From positions 810,001 through 842,000 of the forward strand of contig JALDRA010000001.1 in NCBI GenBank assembly GCA_031316235.1: a stretch of DNA of 32,000 nt, read 5' to 3'. The translations under genes were made by a program, and so were the position numbers. This DNA is from Candidatus Scalindua sp. Its GTDB lineage: Bacteria > Planctomycetota > Brocadiia > Brocadiales > Scalinduaceae. Under the pieces are notes generated by a model, which searched no databases, had not been told where the DNA came from, and worked only from the letters and a program-made list of their open reading frames with translations. Positions 25,331 to 32,000 of the stretch are shown in pieces. Within the stretch, counting starts at the first letter, position 1. Each line of letters begins with the position of its first letter.

Positions 25331-25996
25331 CTATCGCTCCCTGAATACATCTATGGCGAATAGTAACGCCTGACGTTCTAATACAGGCATGGATTTAAGT
25401 TTCGCTGTCCACCTTTTGGTCTTCCTCTTTATCCGTTCCCGCTCACGAAAGTTATTGCCAAGATAACGATAGTCGTGCAGTCCTACCGGAACACTATAGT
25501 TCATCCATAACCACTCCGTTGCTACGCCATGATGACAGACGGCCTGAAAAGAATGTGTCTGCCAGCTACGCAATGATTCTTTGTATAAGGTTGACTCGTA
25601 ACCGGATATCATCACCATGCAGGGAAGAGTTTTCAAAACTTCCAAAAGTTCGATGTGCTGCGCACGGCTATAGTCATATTTATATAGCCGTCCATACTTT
25701 TTCCTTGTCTCGCGAAGATATGGTGGGTCACAATATACCAGTTCTTTTCCTGTGAAATGATAATTATTCAGATAATTAATTGCGTCATCATGGACCAGTT
25801 CAAAACCTATTGGATGCATATTTGTCCACATCTCAACAACTTCCGAGTCAATTTCTATCCCAAAATTACTCCTGGCAGGTCGTTTGTTCCGTATAACAGC
25901 GCCACCACCCAAATGAGTCTCTATGTAGACATCATGGGGTGGCATAAGATTGATTAACTTTTGGAATACACCTCCTTTGCCGCCTGGATAATTCAT
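25331..25996 (-). CDS. DNA N6-adenine methyltransferase, D12/Dam-like, 221 aa (IS passenger)
   Basis: Same protein as 5735-6400 with a few substitutions (YPGGK, ETHLGGGAV, DPPY). Confidence 0.8.
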   Translation of the reverse strand: MNYPGGKGGVFQKLINLMPPHDVYIETHLGGGAVIRNKRPARSNFGIEIDSEVVEMWTNMHPIGFELVHDDAINYLNNYHFTGKELVYCDPPYLRETRKKYGRLYKYDYSRAQHIELLEVLKTLPCMVMISGYESTLYKESLRSWQTHSFQAVCHHGVATEWLWMNYSVPVGLHDYRYLGNNFRERERIKRKTKRWTAKLKSMPVLERQALLFAIDVFRER

Positions 25997-26197
25997 GGAA
26001 GAATTATCGTTGAAAACAACGAGGAAGTCAAGATCTTTTATTATATTTTACAAAAAATCGGGAATGCTCCCTTTCGCATAAGCAACCACCACCTGCTTGT
26101 ATGCTTGCAAGAGAGGCTTGAAGCGGCAGCCCCAATAAATATTAAACCGCAAATATCTGGTGGTTGGCTTCATGCGCTTGTAGGATCTCTCCAATTT

Positions 26198-26366
26198 TTA
26201 CCAAGAGGAAATTGCTCGACTCATAAACAAGATCCCGGAAAATATTGGTATCAGAAGTACCAAGCTGACGGTTAACGCTAAGAACGATTTGACTTTTCTA
26301 AGTTCATTTAACTCTCGAAATGCTCCCCAACCAATAAAACCCCAGATCGCGATTACTAATAGTGCA
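26198..26366 (-). pseudogene. Small membrane-protein fragment truncated by the element at 26370
   Basis: Own translation without a start codon: PYALLVIAIWGFIGWGAFRELNELRKVKSFLALTVSLVLLIPIFSGILFMSRAISSW stop. Confidence 0.3.
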
Positions 26367-26369
26367 TAG

Positions 26370-27393
26370 GGTCAAACCTTGATCTGTGATTTAATCATTG
26401 TTATTCTTTCCTTGATCTTACCATCTTTAGATTTCACGATAGTTACTCGACGACTTATAGATGAATAACAAAGGCCAAATAATTTACCAATCTCCTGATT
26501 GCTATACCACCCTGTACTCCATAAAAAATAGATTAATATATCACGATCGTATTTATTTTCTTCGCTTATCCTTGAGGATTGTATAAAATCATTTGTATTA
26601 CACTTTAATACCTCTGCCGCTTTCTTCAGAAGTGATTCAGGGTTGGTATTTCTTAATACCTGACGCTTTTGTGGGACTTCAACATCAGTTTTTTCTGTCA
26701 AATATTTAGACCTTATTTGGTCGACAAATTTCTGGGAACCCAAAATAATACCGTGTCGAAAATCTTCCCATATCCTCTTCTCTTCCTTGGAATAGCTTTG
26801 CACTATTTCCCTGTATGCTTTGTGCTTCTCTTTTGTCTCCACACATGAAAAGATAGGCCCCGTACATAACCACTCCGGTGACTTCTTCCCATAAGCATAA
26901 ATTGGATAACTGCTCCATGGATAATCTACTAATCTCCTGACAATTCCGGCCCGCAACGGATTTCTATGAATATAGCAAGAAAGCCGTATTAGGTATTCAT
27001 CATTTTCGATGAGAAAGTTTTTGAAGCGTCCTTGAAACAAGTGACCGCTTCGCTTATGCTTTACATTGTATCTACGTGTATAAGTAGTACCAAACCATTG
27101 CATGCTTTTAGAGATATTGGAATTATTGGTTTTTAGTAGCAAATGATAATGATTATCCATAAGAACGTATGCATAAACCTCAACATCAAACCTGTCAGCC
27201 ATACTTCCTAAAGTCTCTAGAAACAAAATACGATCGTCACTATCCTGAAAAATATCCCTTCGCTCATTACCGCGTGATAAGATGTGATAATAAGCTCCCT
27301 TATACTCTATGCGCCATTGTCTTGCCATGGTAGACAAGGTATCACAAACCACCTTTAATCGTCAAGCATATAATCACATATCAAGGTGTGACC
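26370..27393 (-). mobile_element. Y1-DnaA_C element, second intact but diverged copy (1024 bp)
   Basis: Left end GGTCAAACCTTGATCTGTGATTTAATC. Right end ATCACATATCAAGGTGTGACC. Confidence 0.8.
26372..27328 (-). CDS. HUH/Y1 transposase fused to a DnaA-domain-IV-like HTH, 318 aa
   Basis: ATG at 27328 (MARQWRIEYKGAYYHILSRGNERRDIF). Motifs DNHYHLLL and CYIHRNPLRAG. C-terminal RDILIYFLWSTGWYSNQEIGKLFGLCYSSISRRV. Confidence 0.8.
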   Translation of the reverse strand: MARQWRIEYKGAYYHILSRGNERRDIFQDSDDRILFLETLGSMADRFDVEVYAYVLMDNHYHLLLKTNNSNISKSMQWFGTTYTRRYNVKHKRSGHLFQGRFKNFLIENDEYLIRLSCYIHRNPLRAGIVRRLVDYPWSSYPIYAYGKKSPEWLCTGPIFSCVETKEKHKAYREIVQSYSKEEKRIWEDFRHGIILGSQKFVDQIRSKYLTEKTDVEVPQKRQVLRNTNPESLLKKAAEVLKCNTNDFIQSSRISEENKYDRDILIYFLWSTGWYSNQEIGKLFGLCYSSISRRVTIVKSKDGKIKERITMIKSQIKV

Positions 27394-27399
27394 CCATTT

Positions 27400-27470
27400 T
27401 TAAAAACAAAAAATTTAAAAGAAATCTTCGAATTGTTAAATAAATTTACAAAAAAATAGGAATGATCCCC
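27400..27470 (+). mobile_element. Right-end stub of a fourth copy of the MTase-carrying IS
   Basis: The reverse complement GGGGATCATTCCTATTTTTTTGTAAATTTATTTAACAATTCGAAGATTTC matches 23862-23910. It is cut off by the Y1-DnaA_C element ending at 27393. Confidence 0.7.
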
Positions 27471-27522
27471 ATACAAATCTTCAGTCAGGACACTGGTAGA
27501 ATAAGGCTGAAAAATAAAGCAT

Positions 27523-27575
27523 CACATCTTGATTAGTAAACTCAAAAAATAAGTATAATCACTAATCAAGATGTG
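27523..27575. repeat. Mini-palindrome built from two Y1-DnaA_C-type terminal repeats
   Basis: CACATCTTGATTAGT (27523-27537) and ACTAATCAAGATGTG (27561-27575) form a perfect 15-bp inverted repeat, followed by GCCCC. Confidence 0.6.
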
Positions 27576-28079
27576 GCCCCAATTCAACAGGAATTAACAC
27601 AAAAACTGAAGAATACAGAAAAAGAAGTATTGTCAGTATCCAGAAATGATTTTCATATGTCTCATTTAATGAGCATTCCAGGCATTGGCCACTTTTCCGC
27701 AGCCTTAATCAAATCGGAAATCATAGATATCTCTCGTTTCGCTTCGTTTAACCGGTTATGTGCGTATGCAGGGCTTGCCCCTCGTGTCAGTGCGAGTGCA
27801 AACAAAACCTTCCATGGACCGTTAAACAAGAACAGGAGTAAAAATCTCCAATGGATATTGATAGAAAATGTTTATCATTTTATAAAAGCTATTCCAAAGA
27901 TGCAGGATAAATACGAAACACTCAAGAAGAGAAAAGAGCATAATACTGCGAAGGTAGCCCTTGCCAGGGAGATGCTCAAGATTGTCTATCATGTACTCAA
28001 AGAACAGAGGCCATTTTATCTTGATACAAAAAAATCTAAAATCCAGTCGGTGGCGGCTCCTGCACTCAGTGGGGTCTGA
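27573..28079 (+). pseudogene. IS110-family transposase, C-terminal domain only
   Basis: MSIPGIGHFSAALIKSEIIDISRFASFNRLCAYAGLAPRVSASANKTFHGPLNKNRSKNLQWIL is Transposase_20-like. The N-terminal DEDD domain is absent. Confidence 0.75.
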
Positions 28080-28261
28080 AGTATCCTTTTTTAAGGATAG
28101 CTTCCCGAGGTTTGATTAGTGAGGAGTCGCTTCCGAGAATATCATGCAGATCCTTGTAAAGTGGATGCTGCCAATAGGTGACTGAAGACTGGTGCTTATA
28201 AATCCAGAGCTTCTTACGATAGTGGAATCGACTGATTTATATTAAAAAGTTTGTTGGAAAC

Positions 28262-28309
28262 AAAAAATACTTTCACCCTCTCTATTGGTGAAGGGTAAAA
28301 GTATTTTTA
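28262..28309. terminator. AT-rich long hairpin (possible bidirectional terminator)
   Basis: AAAAATACTTTCACCCT ctctattggtga AGGGTAAAAGTATTTTT. Confidence 0.45.
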
Positions 28310-28452
28310 TATTAGTGTAACTTTAAAATAATTTGATTAATCAATTATTTGAGGAATCATCTGGTAGAAATAATCTCTTTTGTACTTGACAGTTATCTCA
28401 AAAGGTGACCCCAATTACACCACAGCACCTTGTTAGCCATTGTAGACACGAT

Positions 28453-28896
28453 TCATAGACAGAATGTTTTGTACAACATATAAGCCCAGCCTAATAAAAA
28501 AATCGAGGGCAGGCCATGGCCTGCGACCCGTCCTCTACGCGAGGTATAATCGCTCACATTTAAGTTAAATTCTTTTCCCGCATACTCTTGAGACAACACC
28601 TTTTGCGCTTTCCATGCGGCATTTACCGAAACCACAATAACAATGCAGACAGATATCCCCAATATTGGAAGCAGATCAAGGAGTGCCGACAATTTTGGCG
28701 TCGGACGAGCAACTCTTGCGAACCAACCATATGCAGCAAACAAAATAATTTGGGACTGTAGAAGCCAAGTTAGTCTGTTATGAACAAGGGAATCTTCATG
28801 CCACCATCTAGACCTAGCAAGCTTTTCTTCCTCCAAATTCAGTTTGGACTTCTCGATTTTCAATTTTTCATTTTCGTAATTATCAGTCTTACTCAT
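28453..28896 (-). CDS. Hypothetical membrane protein (N-terminal coiled-coil-like segment plus 3 predicted TM)
   Basis: The ATG at 28896 is preceded by AAGGAATAACG. Begins MSKTDNYENEKLKIEKSKLNLEEEKLARSRWWHEDSL, followed by hydrophobic segments. I recognise no family. Confidence 0.6.
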   Translation of the reverse strand: MSKTDNYENEKLKIEKSKLNLEEEKLARSRWWHEDSLVHNRLTWLLQSQIILFAAYGWFARVARPTPKLSALLDLLPILGISVCIVIVVSVNAAWKAQKVLSQEYAGKEFNLNVSDYTSRRGRVAGHGLPSIFLLGWAYMLYKTFCL

Positions 28897-29030
28897 CGTT
28901 ATTCCTTGTGATGGAGAACGGCTGAGATGACTTGCGAGAGAATAACACAAGAGTATAGAAAACAAAAATGGTAAAAAATAACTGCAATTCCGAGTCAATG
29001 TCTATTGATTCGTTAGGTAAAACCTTTATT

Positions 29031-29324
29031 TTATATAGAAATAGATGCTTCAAAGAGGACCTTAACTTTGGAGAGTCTCGTTTTTTTCTTCGCTCTCCAC
29101 AAATCATAATTCTGTTGCATATTTAACCATAGTTCGGGAGTGGTGCCAAATGCTTTTGATAATCGAAGTGCCATCGATGTGCTTATACCTGATCGCCCAT
29201 TTATCAATTCAGATAAAGTCTTTCTTGTGATTCCAAGGGACTCTGCAGCGTTTGTCACTGTTAGTCCCAACGGTTCGAGATACATCTCTTTCAAAACTTC
29301 ACCAGGGTGAGCTGGTTTAAACAT
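29031..29324 (-). CDS. higA: HigA antitoxin (XRE-type HTH)
   Basis: PAHPGEVLKEMYLEPLGLTVTNAAESLGITRKTLSELINGRSGISTSMALRLSKAFGTTPELWLNMQ. Confidence 0.85.
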   Translation of the reverse strand: MFKPAHPGEVLKEMYLEPLGLTVTNAAESLGITRKTLSELINGRSGISTSMALRLSKAFGTTPELWLNMQQNYDLWRAKKKTRLSKVKVLFEASISI

Positions 29325-29344
29325 ATATTTTCATCCTTTCTAAT

Positions 29345-29623
29345 CTAATGATAATCTAAATAATCAAGATCATGGGCATCACCATCTTCAAATTTAAAGA
29401 TGATTCTCCAATTTCCGCTCACACTAACAGACCAATATGATTGATATTTACCTGATAATCGGTGTAGGTTTGAACCTGGGAAATTGACATCATGTATCTC
29501 TTTTGCGGCAGTAATAATAGTTAATATCAAACGAATCTTTTTTCTATGCTCAGGTCTTATTTTTGAAAAATCACCCTTATCAAAGAACTTTTGAAGACCT
29601 TTATGCCTAAATGTCTTAATCAC
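29345..29623 (-). CDS. higB: HigB toxin (RelE/ParE superfamily killer protein)
   Basis: GTG start. MIKTFRHKGLQKFFDKGDFSKI...WSVSVSGNWRIIFKFEDGDAHDLDYLDYH. Confidence 0.85.
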   Translation of the reverse strand: MIKTFRHKGLQKFFDKGDFSKIRPEHRKKIRLILTIITAAKEIHDVNFPGSNLHRLSGKYQSYWSVSVSGNWRIIFKFEDGDAHDLDYLDYH

Positions 29624-29632
29624 ACCGTCAGT

Positions 29633-29649
29633 GTAACGCTATACGTTAC
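29633..29649. promoter_or_regulatory. Palindromic operator candidate upstream of higBA (GTAACG ctata CGTTAC) inside a putative promoter
   Basis: Perfect 6-5-6 palindrome. On the minus strand it lies between TTGACA (29658-29653) and TACACT (29635-29630), which are 17 nt apart. Confidence 0.45.
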
Positions 29650-29685
29650 GGGTGTCAAGTATTTTTTTTATATCAAGGTTTACCT

Positions 29686-29811
29686 AATGCGGAGTTGAGG
29701 AGCAACATTGAAATGTTGTCTGACTCAAACGACTTGTTCGCCCCGCCTGCGGCGGTCAGGCCGTTGCTCCTCAACTCCGCATTCGCACCGCCGCAGGCGG
29801 GGCGAACAAGT
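29686..29811. repeat. Two interleaved perfect inverted repeats (21 bp and 24 bp) in a GC-rich island between higB and intI
   Basis: Pair A is 29686-29706 with 29763-29783. Pair B is 29732-29755 with 29788-29811. The order along the sequence is A, B, A', B'. Confidence 0.9.
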
Positions 29812-29838
29812 TATTCTACAGTTTCTGTATAGTTATGA

Positions 29839-29881
29839 ATTCTATAAAATATTTGACAAATGTCAAGTATATTTTTATACT
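29839..29881. promoter_or_regulatory. Back-to-back promoters sharing a palindromic -35 block (TTGACAAATGTCAA)
   Basis: Plus strand: TTGACA 29853-29858, 17-nt spacer, TATACT 29876-29881, pointing toward intI. Minus strand: TTGACA 29866-29861, 16-nt spacer, TAGAAT 29844-29839, pointing toward the palindromes and higBA. Confidence 0.5.
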
Positions 29882-29922
29882 TATCTAACTGTATAGTATG
29901 TTTTATGTAACGTTATTTTACA

Positions 29923-31281
29923 ATGATAACTATTCCATCAGAAGTATCTGTTCGTTTCAATTCTGCTTTGGCAAAAAACAGAATTTCTAAAGAGCACCAG
30001 AATCATTATAGAAAATGGTTGCAGTACTATCTTGATTTTTGCCAAAAGTATCATTTCCAAAGTATTCAACCTGAAAGCCTCCAGAATTTTTTGAGAAAGT
30101 TGGGGAAAAAACGCCAGACACGAGAACAGCAAAAGCAGGCTTCTCATGCAATTTCTCTTTACTACTCTATTGCTCACACCGTAGCGGATCCTGTTGAGAA
30201 ATTACGGTCAGGTAGGATTCAGAATGAGCATATTTCTCCAGGGAATAAGGATTTATCTGATGAAGGCATGGAATGGCAAGCCGCGCTTGGTAATCTTTCA
30301 TCAGAAATTAAGATACGGCACTATTCACCGAAAACACTAAAGGCGTATACCCTGTGGGTCAGGCAATTTCAGGCCTTTACACGGAAAAAGGAGCCACAGC
30401 TATTGTCTTCAGCCGAGGTAAAAGAGTTTTTAACTTTTCTGGCCATAAAGCGAAAGGTCTCTGCCTCAACACAAAACCAGGCTTTTAACGCCCTCCTCTT
30501 CTTTTACCGACATGTCATCAAAAAGGATTTTGAAAATTTAAAGGATACTCCCAGGGCCAAGAGGACACGTTATATACCTGTTGTCCTGTCTCGACCAGAA
30601 ATAGACGAAATATTTATGCATCTATTATATCCATATGATTTAGTCTCTAAGCTTCTCTATGGGTGCGGACTGAGATTGTTTGAATGCTTGAACCTCCGCG
30701 TTCAAAATTTTAATTTTGACACATCTATTCTCACGATTCATGATGGAAAAGGGAAAAAAGATAGGACGGTACCTCTACCGGAGACAATCGTGCCTGATTT
30801 AAAGGCACATCTTGAACGGGTAAAGAACCTCCATCAAATAGATCTGGACGCAAATTATTCCGGAGTTTTCCTGTTTGACTTGTTGGATAAGAAATATAGA
30901 AATTGTGCAAAGGAGCTGGTCTGGCAGTGGTTTTTCCCCGCAAAAACATTGACTTTAGTTCCGGAAACAGGAGAATTTAGACGGTATCATCTACATGAAT
31001 CGCATGTGCAGAAGGCCATTAAACGGGCGGTTGGAAAGTCAAAGATAGCTAAGCGCGCCTCAGCACATACGTTCCGCCATAGCTTCGCCTCTCATCTGTT
31101 GCAAGCCAATTATGACATACGTACTATTCAGGAACTGCTGGGGCATAGCAATGTCAGGACCACGATGATTTATACCCATACGATAAAGAGGCAGACAGTA
31201 AAAGAGGCAAAGAGTCCTCTCGACTTTTCGCATCTGAAACGACCCACAGAATATAAGCAGAGGGTAACAACATCCCCCTGA
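29923..31281 (+). CDS. intI: Integron-type tyrosine recombinase IntI, 452 aa, with a ~115-aa N-terminal extension
   Basis: Catalytic R..K..HxxR..H..Y residues are present (GLRLFECLNLR, HDGKGKKDR, HTFRHSFASH, LGHSNVRTTMIYTH). The IntI-specific insert is LLDKKYRNCAKELVWQWFFPAKTLTLVPETGEFRRYHLHESHVQKA. An internal Met at 30268 would give a canonical 337-aa IntI. Confidence 0.85.
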   Translation: MITIPSEVSVRFNSALAKNRISKEHQNHYRKWLQYYLDFCQKYHFQSIQPESLQNFLRKLGKKRQTREQQKQASHAISLYYSIAHTVADPVEKLRSGRIQNEHISPGNKDLSDEGMEWQAALGNLSSEIKIRHYSPKTLKAYTLWVRQFQAFTRKKEPQLLSSAEVKEFLTFLAIKRKVSASTQNQAFNALLFFYRHVIKKDFENLKDTPRAKRTRYIPVVLSRPEIDEIFMHLLYPYDLVSKLLYGCGLRLFECLNLRVQNFNFDTSILTIHDGKGKKDRTVPLPETIVPDLKAHLERVKNLHQIDLDANYSGVFLFDLLDKKYRNCAKELVWQWFFPAKTLTLVPETGEFRRYHLHESHVQKAIKRAVGKSKIAKRASAHTFRHSFASHLLQANYDIRTIQELLGHSNVRTTMIYTHTIKRQTVKEAKSPLDFSHLKRPTEYKQRVTTSP

Positions 31282-31282
31282 A

Positions 31283-31310
31283 TCCCCCTTCAAAGGGGGA
31301 CTTTGATTTT
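31283..31310 (+). terminator. Terminator after intI
   Basis: TCCCCCTT ca AAGGGGGA followed by CTTTGATTTT. Confidence 0.65.
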
Positions 31311-31507
31311 AGTGGGGTTAAGATTACTTAGTGGTTGAACGAGAACTGCCCAGATATACCCATTACAAAATGATTTTTGGAATTTCAGGGCCGGAGTTTA
31401 CTTGAAATTTTGATTTTTCGATTGAACAAAACCGGAGGCTTAGTAATACTTAGAACCCAGGAAAAAATAATTTATCATTCCCGCATCTCATTCCTCTTGC
31501 TAAATTT

Positions 31508-31735
31508 TTACACCAATTCAAGAAACCTATCGACTGAAAGCCGAGCCTGTTTCAATATATGCGACAAGGTGGATCTTTTGATGGGACTGTGGGCAGGAAT
31601 TGTCAGTTTAAGAACTTCGTCTTGTAAATGCTTCTGAAGTCTAATATGGCTTCCCTTCTGACGGACAACTACCCATCCATCCCGTTGCAAAGCCTTTCTT
31701 ACCCTTTCGTATCCTAAACTCGGCACCTTTGTCAT
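31508..31735 (-). CDS. hicA: HicA-family toxin
   Basis: VRKALQRDGWVVVRQKGSHIRLQKH...LTIPAHSPIKRSTLSHILKQARLSVDRF. Confidence 0.8.
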   Translation of the reverse strand: MTKVPSLGYERVRKALQRDGWVVVRQKGSHIRLQKHLQDEVLKLTIPAHSPIKRSTLSHILKQARLSVDRFLELV

Positions 31736-31935
31736 ACGGCGATTTCCACAATTTCATGGTCCGGGGATAAGGTAAGATCGTCTTCTACCGGGTCTAAATA
31801 CAGTTCAATGGCTTCTTTGATATTGGCCATGACCTCTTCTTTGGTGTCTCCCTCACTGATACAACCAGGGAGGCTTGGCACATAAACTGTATACCCCCCC
31901 TCATCACTGGGTTCGATAACAATTTTTAATTTCAT
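31732..31935 (-). CDS. hicB: HicB-family antitoxin
   Basis: The likely start is the ATG at 31935, preceded by GGAGGGAAAAGC. MKLKIVIEPSDEGGYTVYVPSLPGCISEGDTKEEVMANIKEAIELYL. There is a 4-nt overlap with hicA. Confidence 0.8.
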   Translation of the reverse strand: MKLKIVIEPSDEGGYTVYVPSLPGCISEGDTKEEVMANIKEAIELYLDPVEDDLTLSPDHEIVEIAV

Positions 31936-32000
31936 AGCTTTTCCCTCCAAATTGAAGAAATATAACGTTAAATGAACTGCGACTATAATATCACAATTAT

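Larger units (their letters stand above)
23862..26071 (-). mobile_element. IS with methyltransferase passenger, copy 3: intact 2210-bp element with TIRs and an 8-bp TSD
   Basis: Ends GGGTGCATTCCCAATTTATTGTAAAAT (plus strand at 23862) and GGGAGCATTCCCGATTTTTTGTAAAAT (minus strand at 26071). Direct repeat TTTCGCAT at 23854-23861 and 26072-26079. Confidence 0.9.

Noticed and set aside
29708-29896. 62-aa ORF (MKCCLTQTTCSPRLRRSGRC...) between higB and intI
   Set aside because: It is generated by the GC-rich interleaved palindromes and is Arg/Cys/Ser-rich. It also runs across the promoter block, which makes it implausible as a gene.
31316-31457. Possible about 140-bp MITE downstream of intI (GGTTAAGATTACTTAG ... 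CTTAGTAATACTTAGAACC)
   Set aside because: The terminal match is only about 10 of 13 with indels. There is no clear target duplication and no second copy in the window.
1-32000. tRNA, rRNA, tmRNA or RNase P genes
   Set aside because: I scanned for T-loop (GTTCGAATC-like) and other hallmark motifs and found only chance hits inside coding regions, for example within nrdJ.

Overview
This is an AT-rich (about 40% GC by eye) bacterial chromosomal segment. A few housekeeping genes sit inside an unusually dense layer of mobile and repeated DNA. The housekeeping genes are an ALDH 5' end, rtcB, a secondary-alcohol dehydrogenase, ilvA, a lipoprotein, zupT and nrdJ. The main repeat and mobile families, all read by eye from the sequence, are as follows. 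(1) A TIR-bounded IS carries a Dam-like DNA adenine methyltransferase in front of its DDE transposase. One intact copy with an 8-bp target duplication lies at 23862-26071, and dead copies or stubs lie at 5659, 10688 and 27400. (2) A roughly 1.03-kb element encodes an HUH/Y1 transposase fused to a DnaA-domain-IV-like HTH and is bounded by 21-30-bp inverted repeats. Two copies are intact (15350-16382 and 26370-27393), and there are at least three remnants plus solo ends. (3) A modular palindromic repeat (30-167 bp) occurs in six co-oriented copies and is linked to remnants of a second IS200-like Y1 gene. (4) Two further MITE families carry target duplications of 9 bp and of TTAG. There are also IS630, IS701-like, IS110 and other DDE fragments. 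The right-hand third contains an integron-type integrase (intI) with back-to-back promoters, a pair of interleaved perfect palindromes, higBA, brnTA and hicAB modules, and decayed SIR2/TIR defence-gene fragments. The window holds five type II TA loci in total. I saw no rRNA, tRNA or CRISPR array. All family assignments come from motif recognition only, because no searches could be run.
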